Origin: Octopus sinensis
Taxonomy: Eukaryota
Assembly: GCF_006345805.1 (NCBI RefSeq)
Contig: NC_042997.1
Location: 13,268,001 to 13,332,000 of the forward strand
Direction of reading: 5' to 3'
DNA length: 64,000 nt
Below are positions 52,126 through 64,000 of this stretch, one piece after another; the first letter of the stretch is position 1; each line of letters starts with the position of its first letter. The notes beneath the pieces are model-generated. The model worked only from the letters and a program-made list of their open reading frames with translations, did no database searches and was not told the DNA's origin. A program made the position numbers and the translations under genes.

Positions 52126-52547
52126 CTGTGGCTAATAGTTATGTTAGAAACTGTGTTTTAATAACCAACTCTAAATAAATGAAAGATGTTTTTCGTATAG
52201 CTTCTATATAAAATATATAGCTTCCAGTATAAGTATTTATTTCTTTGTCATTCACATACGAAATTGTAGATTATATCAACGATGTAGCACAGTAATAATA
52301 TTTCTCTTTGCTTACTCTTACAAAAAAAAAATTGGTGATAGAATGTTGATGATTTTTATATTCCAATATAACTGTAGCATTGTTTGTCTAACGTTGCTGG
52401 AGCTTCGCTTTACTCATTTATTGTTTTACTCAACATTTCTGTTTCTGATTTATCAAATGTAGCCTGTGTTTGTGTGTGAAGGTGAGAGTTATGCGGTTTT
52501 CTTTGATGTTTAGCTGTAGATCAGTAACGTATCATAATTATTGTAGA

Positions 52548-52963
52548 CAGGAGTGGCTGTGTGGTAAGTAGCCTGTCTACAAACCTCATGGTTCCGGGTT
52601 CAGTCCCACTGCGTGGCACCTTGGGCAAGTGACTTCTACTATAGCCTCGAGCCGACCAATGCCTTCTGAGTGGATTTGGTAGACGGAAACTGAAAGAAGC
52701 CTGTCGTATATATGTATTTATATATATGTATATGTGTGTATATGTTTGTGTGTCTGTGTTTGTCCCCCCTAGCATTGCTTGACAACCGATGCTGGCGTGT
52801 TTACGTCCCCGTAACTTAGCGGTTCGGCAAAAGAGACCGATAGAATAAGTACTGGGCTTACAAAGAATAAGTCCCGGGGTTGATTTGCTCGACTAAAGGC
52901 GCTGCTCCAGCATGGCCGCAGTCAAATGACTGAAACAAGTAACAGAGTAAAAGAGTAAAAGAG
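52548..52963 (+). mobile_element. SINE family A, full length
   Basis: Matches the consensus; tail GTAACAGA-GTAAAAGA-GTAAAAGA. Confidence 0.93.
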
Positions 52964-53926
52964 AATTTGTTTCGATCGTGGTCGTTCTGATCCAAAAGTT
53001 ATATGACATGTACTTAATTTTAGTCTATGACACAGATAGATGTGAGACGTGTATCTGTTTCTCCAGTTATAAGCTCAGGCCGTTTACTTAAGCACAATAC
53101 TATATGTTCGGGCATGCTGTGATGAATCTTATGAATTATATCCTTGATACGTAGACAATCTGGACCACATGCAGTCACTCATTGTGTCTTAAGTGAAATG
53201 ACATTGCTTTCAAATTCTACTCCGCCATCTTAAAAAGGGCGAATATACAAGCTAAATAAATTCGAATATGTTTAATATGTGGTAATTTGTAATACTAATA
53301 ATTAGAGCTAAGAAAAATTACTTTTTTTTATTTTACATTTTAATGACTATATTTTCTGTTATGTTTACAATAAGACCTGAAGAAACGAAACACATATGGT
53401 CACTAAATATTTTAAACAATTTTCAGCAAGTATTTCATCGCATTAACATCGCTAATACCGTTCAGAAAAACCTGAATGCCACACAATATCAGCAAAGCAA
53501 AAGACGTTTAAAGTCAGATTTCGAATTTTCTTTCAAGAAATTTTTATGACTACAAGTTGTATAGAGAAAACGGTCCGTGGAGTACAGGAAATATTTTCAG
53601 AAAAAACAGACGAGTGTACAATAGAAAGAAGGAAACGTCCCTACTCTATCAACATGCTTTATAGGAATACAATGCCCCAGTATTATATATTGAAGTAAAT
53701 ATTCTTTCTAAATATAAAAACACACGCAATGCTAAGAGATAACAGAGACTACATAAACTACACACACACGCGCACACACACATACACACATACTCACATA
53801 CACACACAAATACACACGGAGGTATACACTCGATATAAAAGCAAATACTACAACAGCATTTCCTAATAGACAACAAAGTAATAGAAGCAAAAATATACAA
53901 TAATATTTCATGAAAATGTGGACAAC

Positions 53927-54156
53927 CTATTTCTTACTACCCACAAGGGGCTAAACACAGAGGAGACAAACAATAACAGACAGATTAAGTCGATTATATC
54001 GTCCCCAGTGCGTAACTGGTACTTAATTTATCGACCCCGAAAGGATGAAAGGCAAAGTCGACCTCGGCAGAATTTGAACTCAGAACGTAACGGCAGACGA
54101 AATACCGCTAAGCATTTCGCTCGGCGTGCTAACGTTTCTCCTAGCTCGACGCCTTC
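53927..54156 (-). mobile_element. SINE family B monomer with 10-bp TSD
   Basis: TGTGGACAAC at 53917-53926 and 54159-54168. Confidence 0.92.
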
Positions 54157-54630
54157 ACTGTGGACAACAACCGCAAACATACGCATACGACACGTTCTTA
54201 TGCATGTAACAACTAATCACATCAAACTAAACACATAAACCCAACACTAGTGGTGTAAAAAAAAAACAGTTGAAAATCTAAAGCATTTCCAAATATATAT
54301 AACCAATAAGAAAGAGGACCACAGATTTAGTATCAGAGAAAATATTTTGGGGAAAAGAATTATAGACGGACAACAGGCGGCGAGGGTGATGTGTTTTTAG
54401 GATTTATTAGCATAACTCATCCGTAGTGTAACAAAAATACATAAAAATATAAGATAAATATGACAAGAACAAAAAAAGAGGAAAGCAAAAGAACATCAGT
54501 ACTCTTGTTATATCCACAGGGAGTAGTCATTTGGTTCATCCGTCAATAATTAATCTTATCTCTGCATTGTGTGTTGCACGATATCTGCTTCACTAAAACA
54601 TAGATGCATATATGTTGTACGTACATACAC

Positions 54631-54667
<37 letters not shown>

Positions 54668-54763
54668 TACACATATATATATATATCTATGTATGTATGT
54701 ACGTACGTATGTATGTATATATATATATATATTATATATATATATACATATATATACACACAC

Positions 54764-54796
<33 letters not shown>

Positions 54797-55040
54797 TATA
54801 TATATACACATATATATACATATATATATATATATATAATACAGAGACTCACACATACGCAAGCAAATAAATATATATATATGGGTAAAAAGAAACTTCA
54901 CTGTAAGATGTATAATGCATCGCCTTGAGTTTTGAGTTTCTGTTTGTATATTTAAGAGGTATTAGCTAAATGCGGAAACGGCGTATGTAGACAAGTATAA
55001 AGGTATATTTCTATGTATATGCATATATATACATATATAT

Positions 55041-55109
<69 letters not shown>

Positions 55110-55544
55110 AGATATATATATATATATGCATGTATATGTATATATGTGTATATATGCGCATATATATGTATTATATATGTAAGTAGATAAGTATATGAGT
55201 GTGTGTGTGCGTGTTTACAGTTATCGACTTGTAGAAATGTACGTTCCTTAATACTCTTGCTGTTAGGTGTAATTCCGTAACGAAAATCATATTTCAGATA
55301 AACGTCAACGTACTTGCAAGTCATATGACTATGTTTCCCGTTGCGGAATTCCACGATAACTGCAAAAAATTCTGGGGATGCAATGTCTTCGTAATAACCT
55401 ATAGCTTCTTGTATATATGTTTGTATGTATACGTGAGCATGTGTATATATGTGTGTGTAAATATAGGTTTGTGATCACATGCATATATGCATATTGTTAT
55501 ATGCATATATGTATACGTTTGGTGTTATAGATAGACGTGTAGAC

Positions 55545-55583
<39 letters not shown>

Positions 55584-55610
55584 TATAGATAGATAGATAG
55601 ATTGATAGGT

Positions 55611-55651
<41 letters not shown>

Positions 55652-56039
55652 TAGATATGTTTCTTTATTAGCCACACAGGCTGCACACAGATAGAACAAA
55701 TTACAAGGTAGACCTTTTCTTTTGAAGGTATTAAAAAAAAAAAAAAAAGGAAGGGGGAGGTTCGATCAAAAGGGATCGTAAAAGGAGAGAAAGAGGACAA
55801 AAATAAGGGGGGTTAAAAAAAAAAAAAAAAAAAGGGGGGGAGAGGAAAAAAAATGATCAATAGGATCGTTATCACAGAAATGTCAATATGAAGTGTAAAG
55901 GGGAGGACAGGTGAGGTTTACCCGTGGAAAGAAAAGCCTGCGGAAAAGACCACGGTAACCTCGGTCAATGAAGTCACATTTTATATTCTTTTTTTTTTTT
56001 TTTTTGCAAATAAGCAACTCTCTGTTTTCGATTCTGGGT

Positions 56040-59000
56040 TCATAGGACTATGCTCAAGGTGGCTTCGTCATTCATACGTGCCATTCTTGCTACATTCACC
56101 CATCTTTTTTTAAAACATTCGCTAGACAAAACTTGCCTCTCTACTCTCACTTTCCTTTTCAAGTGGTACTTGAAGAAGTTGATGAGAGATTGACCAGAGA
56201 GGAAAGTGTTTGTCTCCAATCCTTTCAGACGCGTCCACCAGATACATTCTTTCGCCATAGCCACAAGGATGATGAAAATAGCTCTTCCTTCCCGTTTGAA
56301 GGAAGGAGGCGTGACAATATTGACGATAGACTCAGCTGATAAACCGACTCGTCCCACACGTGACAGCAGTTGTTCGACATAAGCCCACAGGTCGGAAATT
56401 GTTGGACACTGAACGAGTGCGTGCAGAACGGTTTCGTCGCTCTGACCGCATCTCGGGCAGGTCGGCCCCGTGTTTCTCGAGCCGTGTCTGTAGAGCTTAT
56501 CCCGAACGGGTAGCGCTTCTCGGTAGCACTGCCAGGCCAGGGATCTCTGGAAGTTGTCCATGGGCCCTGGCCCGAAAGTCGTCCCGAACAGGCGGGTCAG
56601 GTACTCCTCGTCGACGTCCAGGTTCGCCCCGAGCTCGTCGTCGTACCTCCCCTCCACTAAACCCCTATAGAATGCTTTGGTTGTGTTGAAGTCACTTAAG
56701 GTCGACCCAGGACGGCAGAGTTGCTTGAGAGCAACGCGACACTCGCGGTGCCATTCGCCCTTCCTCGGCCTCTTTTTGATCCACGACTGCAGTTCGGTCA
56801 TGGAGACGAGCTGCGGGAAAGCGTGCCTCACAAACGGCGACCACACCTGTTCACCGTCGTCTACATAGAGCCAGAGATGTAGCAGTCTCAGCGCGTGTCT
56901 GCGCATCATCAACCACGGCATGCCCAGCCCTCCTTTTAACGGGTGTTGACAGCAAATGGATCGCCTGACCATCGGGACGCATCCTTTCCACAAGAAGCGA
57001 AAGAGGATGCGTTGTAGTTTGGTGATGGTAGGGTCGGGACAAGGTACGACGGTCAGGCGGTAGTAGATGACGGACGCGATGTACGTGTTCGCCACCTCCG
57101 CTCGACCTTTTAGGGACAGTTTCCTCTCGGCCCATTGCCGGGCGAGAGTGACCACCCTACTCGTTATCTCGTTCCAGTTCTTCTCCACTTGGAGGTCCGG
57201 ACCAAACCAGACCCCGAGCAACTCAACCGGGCCGTCGGTCCAGCGTCCCACGACGGAGGCGCTGGTGGACGGCATGGGCTTGCTTCTCCAGGTGCCTAGT
57301 CGCAAGCCCACTGACTTTTCCCGGTTGATTTTCGCTCCTGTCACCGCTTCGTAGTTTTTCAGTGTCTCGCCGACCAGCTCGATGTGCTCGTGGCTAGACA
57401 CCGCTTCGTAGTTTTTCAGTGTCTCGCCGACCAGCTCGATGTGCTCGTGGCTAGACACTATGACGGTGACGTCGTCCGCGTATGCAGACACGCTCGTCCC
57501 GCATCCCAATTCTCGCGGGATGCCCCTTAGAGTCGCCAGCTTCCGCAGTAGTGGCTCAAGAGTCAATACGTATAGAAGCGCCGAGAGGGGGCATCCCTGA
57601 CGGACCGAACGTGCAATGTCGAAAGGTCTCGATAGATGTCCATTTACGCGAATTACCGAACGGATGCCTCTGTACAAGGCAGCTATCCAGCCGCGAAGAC
57701 GGGACCGAAACCAGCCGCTCTCAGGACTGCCTCCAAGTATCGATGGTCTACCCTATCAAAGGCTTTTGATTGATCCAAGTTGATCAGGGCCCCACCCATG
57801 CCAGGTTCGTTAACTACCCTGTCTATGATGTAGCGCATCAGATGGAGGTTGTCATGGATGGTCCGGCCTGGCACGGCGCATGTTTGCGCCTTGTCGACCA
57901 GTTTCTCGATGACAAGCGCCAACCTCTTGGCTAGCACCTTGGCCAAAATTTACAAGTCTGCATTAAGCAGAGTGATGGGCCTAAAGTTATCTATTACATT
58001 TCCCTTGTTTAGATCTTTCTTCAGCAGTGTTACGGCTCCTCGGCTCACAAAACCAGGAATGCTCCCGTTTTGCTGCCAGTTGCAGTACACCGCCGCCAAG
58101 AGATCTCCAAACAAGTCTGGCATACAATTGTAAAGCTCGTAGGGTAGACCATCCAAACCCGGTGATTTGTCCCTCGAGCATTCTGCCATCGCTTCCCGCA
58201 CTTCCGCCGCCGTGATGGCACCTTCGCAGCACCCTGCCTTTCTTGTCGAGAGTCGTGGTAGGCTATGTAGGTAGGCACTGAAGTCCACCCTACGTTCTTG
58301 CCCTCCACTCGTTCCGAACAGTCGGGCAAAATGCTGCTGAAAGGCCTCACACATTTTACTTGGCTCGAGCAATTCGCGCCCCTGTTCATCTACCAGTGAC
58401 CGAATGGTGGCTTTGTTGCCCTGTTGCGCCTCTGCCACCCGGGCCTCTCTCGCGGCTCCAACACCTTCGTTCCTTAGAGCACGCATCCTAGCTCTGACAG
58501 CACATCCTTCGTGTTTGGCGTTGAAGTGTTGGTCGAGGGCCAACCTCGCCGCCAAAACGTCGGATGCGATGCCGCTTCTAATTGCCTCTTCTAGCTTCTT
58601 AACTAGCTCACCCTCTACTCTATTTCTATCTATGGCTAGTGCTTTGCTGTACCTAATCGCTTCTGCTTTTACTGCTCTCTTGAGGGCAAACCACCATTTG
58701 TTGTTGATGATGGCTCCCGTCAAAGCCCTCTTTACTAGTGTGCTAATCCGGTCTCTGAAAACTTGTCTCGATGGGAAAGACGCGTTTAGTTTCCAGTATC
58801 CGGGACCCTGCCTAAGTGTCTTACCTAAGTCTAGCGTACATGTCACAAGTTTGTGATCCGTGTAGCTGACTATGTGGAATTGTGGACATCCTATGCTATC
58901 TCTATCTACTGTCCTACACAGTATCCTATCTAGATACGATCTCGACGACCCGATGCGGTTGCTCCATGTCCACGTTGGCGCATTCGGGTGGTCTAGTCGA

Positions 59001-59532
59001 AACCTGTCAGACAGTTGAAAGCGTCTGAGCAGTCTCTGAGGCATTTGCATCCCCGTCTATTCCTATCTCTACCCACGTAGTCTACATGCGTGTCCAAGGT
59101 AGCATTCCAATCCCCCACTAAGAGTAAAGGACGAGACGTTCCCAAGAAAACTTCTAGACGTTGAAAGAAATCCGCCCGACCTGTTAAGGGCGGTGCGTAA
59201 ACTGATACGAGCCGAAAAGCGCACCCATTGCTGCCGTCGACATCCAGGACGACCAGTCTACCCTCCGGGTCTACGAATATTGTCCTTACATTGAGATCCA
59301 GACTCTTGTGAAAAAGTACCGCGGTGCCACTACCGCCCATTCTCGGCAGACAGGGGGAAAAATAAATGTTGAACTGTCCGCCAAACATGGTCTTTAGGGC
59401 CCGCGGATTGTGGAGTCTGGTCTCGCTTATGGCTATGATTTCTAACTTATGTGACTTTATGTCATTTAAGAGGTACCCTTGTTTCCAAGGGGACCCCAAG
59501 CCACGCGCATTTACACAACCAATCTTGATCAT
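56040..59532 (-). pseudogene. Tx1-type ORF2 (APE endonuclease, reverse transcriptase, C-terminal CCHC zinc finger); ~1164 aa when repaired
   Basis: NARG, ISETR, GDWN, SYLDRI, TDHK; KSPGLDG, FRPITLLNAD, LDQSKAFDRV, RQGCPLS, YADD; CPRCGQSDETVLHALVQC. Lesions: 1-bp deletions at ~59032 and ~57695, in-frame TAA at 57950-57952, and a 57-bp duplication. Confidence 0.96.
57342..57455. repeat. Exact 57-bp tandem duplication inside RT
   Basis: Two identical units encoding SSHEHIELVGETLKNYEAV, with 3-bp CAC microhomology at the junctions. Confidence 0.97.
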
Positions 59533-59563
59533 AGTTCTAATGAATTAGAATACAGAGGGTTAC

Positions 59564-60493
59564 TTACTGCTCGAAAGTTTTTGCTTTCTCCTCCGTTGGT
59601 TTGTCCTCGAGAAGATCCCAGTACAGTTTCTTTGTGAGATATTTTTGGCATTTACCAACCGCACTGGGGAAAATGCCTTTGAGTGTGTGGTGCAGACTTT
59701 TGGAGATGTGTATTATTTTGATGTGGTCTGGTGGTGTTGTGTATGGGTGGTTGTTTGTTTTTATGTCATCTTCTGTGATGTTTGTTTTTGATTGATGTAT
59801 TCCATCAAATTTGTGTTTTTGGTGTCTATGGCTGTGAGCATGTTTGCTGTATATGTTTTTGTGGTGTTGGTGTGGCTGTTGTTTGCGTTGGGTTTTGAAA
59901 TGTCTTCGGGAGATGTATTTCCCCCTGCTTTGTTCGTGTTTGCATTTGGTTTGGTTGTGTTTCTGCTCTTTATTTTCCTTCTTTTTGTAGCTATTTGCCA
60001 TTCCTCACTGGTTTCGTCTTCCGACGAAATTTCTGAGGGATCAGAAGGGGGTAGGGGTATGTTGTGGGCTTCTATGTATGTCTGTGTAAGTGGTTGTGTT
60101 GTTGTTTTCGTTGTTGTTGGTTGTTGAGTGTTTGTGTGTGTTGAGTGCGGTATAAGGGATGGGGGATCAGTTTGTGTGTGTTTTCTTTGTTTTTCTGTTC
60201 CTTTGGGTTTTGCTGTTGATGGTAGTGTTGGTATTTTTCCAGGTGTCGAGTGGTTTTTGGTTGATGACGGATTAGCTTGGTGTGCTTCTCTTGTCGTCTT
60301 CTGTGTTGATGGTGGTGTGGGTAGTAGAGCTTTTTTTCCGGAGTGCTTTGGTTGTGGTAGTGGTTGTTGTTGTTGCTCTTGGTGTGCAGTGGTTGGGCAC
60401 GTCTTTTTCAAGTGTGTTTCGCTTCCACACAAATAGCAGCGTGGTCGCCTGCCCTCTACCACTATATAGAGTTTGTAGCCTCCTGGCAGTTTT
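59564..60493 (-). pseudogene. Tx1 ORF1 C-terminal part (gag-like zinc knuckle plus low-complexity T/P/K/Q region)
   Basis: RPRCYLCGSETHLKKTC (CX2CX4HX4C). The stop at 59564-59566 lies 31 nt before the ORF2 ATG. One probable frameshift between ~59770 and ~59990. Confidence 0.85.
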
Positions 60494-60501
60494 ATAGATA
60501 C

Positions 60502-60592
<91 letters not shown>

Positions 60593-60595
<3 letters not shown>

Positions 60596-60945
60596 CTTTC
60601 TTTATTGGCCACACAGGGTTGAAATACAGAGGGGACAAATACAAATGTAGAGCTTTTCTTTTCGACGATGGTAAAAGAAAAAGGAAACAAATGTAAAATT
60701 CCGATCAAAAGCGATCGGAAAAAAAAAGGAAAAAAAGTGATCAAAAGGGACCGCGTATCACAGAAACGAATTTTTTTTAAGAGTAAGAAACAAGATTAGG
60801 TTCATCCGTGGGAAGAAAAGCCTACAGAAAAGACCACGGTAACCTCAATCAGGGAGGAAATAAACACGAGAGAGCAAAGTGCTCTCTCTCTCTCTCTTTC
60901 TTACGATTTACAGGATCATGCTCAAAGTGGTTTCGTCACTCGCAT
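60593..60945 (-). mobile_element. Tx1 3' UTR fragment (copy 4, diverged subfamily)
   Basis: Ends AATAAAGAAAGTTA(TCTA)n. Shares AAAAGCCTAC(A/G)GAAAAGACCACGGTAACCTC with the other copies. (TAGA)n on both sides. Confidence 0.88.
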
Positions 60946-60964
60946 AAATAGATAGATAGATAGA

Positions 60965-61477
60965 TATGTTTCTTTATTAGCCACACAGGGCTGCACACAG
61001 ATAGAACAAATTACAAGGTAGATCTTTTCTTTTGGGGGTAAAAAAAGGGAGTGGTGGTTTTCGATCAAAAGGGATCGTAAAAGGAAAGAAAGAGGACAAA
61101 AAAAAGGGAGGGGTTAATAAAAAAAAAAGGAAAAAAAAAAGGTGGGGGAGAGCAAAAAAATTGATCAATAGGGATCGTTATCACAGAAATGTCAATATGA
61201 AGTGTAAAGGGGGAGAACAGGTGAGGTTTACCCGTGGAAAGAAAAGCCTACGGAAAAGACCACACTAACCTCGGTCAATGAAGTCACATGTTATATTTCT
61301 TTTTTTTTTTGCAAATAAGCAACTTTCTGTATTAATTTTTACGGTTCATAGAATCATAGTCAAGGTGGCTTCGTCATTCATACATGCCATCCTTGCTACA
61401 TTCACCCATCTTTTTTTAAAACATTCACTAGACAAAACTTGCCTCTCTACTCTCACTTTCCTCTTCAAGTGATACTT
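60965..61477 (-). mobile_element. Tx1 3' fragment (copy 5)
   Basis: Collinear with 55656-56170. (TAGA)n on both sides. Confidence 0.95.
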
Positions 61478-61589
<112 letters not shown>

Positions 61590-62804
61590 GTACTCGGGTA
61601 CGGTCACTCACACGTGTAAAATACACTCAGATAGGATACCATACCTCTAGAAGTATGTCTGAATATAGTCGATTGTGTTTTGAACATACCATTACTAAGC
61701 ATGAGCATATATTTTCATTATGAGTAAGAAGAATGTTCCTTGTGAGAAGTGAGGTCAGATTGTCAGTATATCTTTTAAATACCTACTAATACCGCCCGCA
61801 TCAGTAAGAATTAAAAATCATTGAATACCAGTTTTCCTAAGTGAAAATAAGCATAGTATTATTAGTGTCTAAAATATGTTCTCCTGATATAATTGTTATC
61901 TTTGTTGTTTTTGCGATTATTTTCTGCTGTTATTATCATTCGTATTCATGTTCGTGTTATTATAATTGGTATTTCGCTACTCGTTCGTTATGTATTTTTC
62001 TTAAGCTTCTATTTCTTTTTACTATATATCTCGCATAGTTATGTTTTTTTTTATCATTTTCGTTGCTGTTTCATTTACGAGTCTGTGCGTGTGTGTGTAT
62101 GTGTGTGTCTTTGACGGTACGTGCGTGTGTGCGTGTGTTCTTTCGGTTTATAAACTAACACCGATGTGGCTGAATGTTTTCAGTGACTCCTACATTCTAA
62201 TGTTACATACAGTTAGCGACTACACACATCTCACGAAGCTCCCGTTGAGACAAAGCACAGCTGTTCGCCCAGAGGTTAACAGTTGGAAACATCATTACGC
62301 AGTATCTCCGGGAAAACAATGCTTTAACAGCTTTTGAAGCCGACGGCAATGTTCTTTTGGTGCATTCAATAACTTATCACTTGGATTAACCCCAACGATA
62401 AGTGCACCTGATTCTCAAAACTTTCTATTATATATTCCACTTCTCCGTTTCATTGTTTATTCTCACTGCCCCAAGCTTTTCACTGTTTCTCTTCATATAT
62501 ACGCACGTTCAGTAAAACATTTTTTCTAGTCTTTTGCAGTTTTATATCTTGAAAATAATCTTCATTTTTTTTTTCTGAAGATTTTACAATTTTTTCTGTT
62601 TATTTTCTATTTTCTTCCAGCTTAAGCATCGAAACTTGAAAACAACTAGTCAACACGTTAATAAAGTACATAGTTATCCCAGTCAAGCACATTATAATAT
62701 CATTTAATTTTTTCCTCACTCTAGTCATATACCTATCTTCATACCCACCTCCCCACCTACATATATATCTACATACATATATAGATATATATACATGTAT
62801 ATAT

Positions 62805-62870
<66 letters not shown>

Positions 62871-64000
62871 TATATGCACACACACACATATATATATATA
62901 CATATATATATGTACATATAAATATATGTATGTATGTATGTATGTTTAAATTCATTTTTATATATATATACATATATACACATACATACCTGCGTATACA
63001 TGACCACACATGTAACTATGTTTACTTATATATTTATGTATGTGTGTGTGTGCGTGTATGTGCATGTGTATGTGCGCCTGCGTGCATATATACTTGCATA
63101 GGTATACAGTATGAGTGAATGCGACTTTACTTATATGTATGCTTATGAATGATTTTGAGTATATATACATATATATGTGTGTGTATATATACGTGCATAT
63201 GTGAGTATATATCCATACATGTATACATTCCTACAGACATGTCTTTTGCTTTCAGTTTCTTTTTAGAATGCTTGCAGTAATGTCAAGAAAAATTATTTTC
63301 ATTAATTTTATATTTGGAGTTAAAAACTTTTCGACATAAACGAAATAAATAAAATGAAGACTTGCACACGCATACACAGATATATTCGTAGTAACAGGGA
63401 CAGGTGCAAGCTCACAGAAACACATATAAATGCATATATATATATAGACGTGTAAATATGTATACATTTGCGTATGTATGTGTGTGAGAGACAGAGAGAG
63501 TGTGAGAGAGTGAGTGCAAGAAAAAGAGAGAGTATGACTCTGTGTGAGTGCATGTGTGATTCTACTTACGCATGTTAGTGTATTTATGAGTAGGTGTATA
63601 TACATACATTTAACACATGCACGTATATACATGCATTAAACAATGACATCTCAAATGTAAGAAACTTCCGTATTTAACTTATATATGTGAAGAAATTCAA
63701 AATCCAATCGGGAATTTGGAAAATTCCACGTGGATCAAATATTTCAGCAGACATGTACATGTACGTGTGTACGTGTGCGCGCGTGAAAGTGTCTGGTTGC
63801 TTTAATCTTTAATAAATTTCATATCTAAATTCTTTTCCGATAGCAGTCTGAAATTTTTTCGCTATTTTGTCTCACGTATTTTAATAGATATAAAAAGAGA
63901 AGCAAAAATAACGCGCCATTATGTAAAATATTTCTGAGTAAACTTGAATATACTTTTTAAATTTTATTACAAAGAAACACATACCTGCCTAAATAAATAA

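Larger units (their letters stand above)
55656..60493 (-). mobile_element. Tx1/L1-clade LINE (copy 3), 4.84 kb, 5'-truncated within ORF1
   Basis: Partial ORF1 with CCHC knuckle, ORF2 with APE-RT-zinc finger, 3' UTR ending AATAAAGAAACATA. (TAGA)n at both junctions. Confidence 0.97.

Noticed and set aside
53377-53390. CTGAAGA...GAAA hammerhead-like spacing
   Set aside because: Only 3 nt between the core segments, and no stems I, II or III.
56040-59532. GC-rich block as a bacterial or horizontally acquired gene
   Set aside because: Domain order APE-RT-zinc finger, an upstream gag-like knuckle and dispersed 3' fragments identify it as a Tx1/L1-clade LINE.
62183-62194. 12-bp match (GTGACTCCTACA) to the putative hAT terminus at 20356-20367
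   Set aside because: Too short, 42 kb away, lacks the terminal CAGTG context and has no TSD; treated as chance.

Overview
AT-rich, microsatellite-saturated eukaryotic DNA with no recognisable host protein-coding gene. The SINE repertoire and (TA)n/(TACA)n/(TAGA)n load look like a coleoid cephalopod (Octopus-like) intron or intergenic region; this is inferred from remembered repeat families, not from a search. Almost all ORFs in the supplied track are microsatellite read-throughs. The window holds four or five tRNA-headed SINE families, a near-intact Tx1/L1-clade LINE with four 3' fragments, CR1/L2, R4-like and Hero-like LINE relics, a complete mariner, Tc1/maT/mariner/hAT relics, Penelope-like terminal repeats with hammerhead ribozyme (HHR) motifs, and several fold-back inverted repeats. 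Three observations stand out. (1) All five Tx1 copies sit in (TCTA)n microsatellites in one orientation, three of them stacked head-to-tail, which suggests a GATA/TCTA-targeting site-specific retrotransposon. (2) One SINE family shares its last ~43 nt with the 3' end of that Tx1 family and has moved as a dimer. (3) A textbook type I minimal HHR appears once a mariner inserted in its stem II loop is removed in silico, and a second candidate HHR lies at 49.8 kb. All alignments and folds were done by eye.
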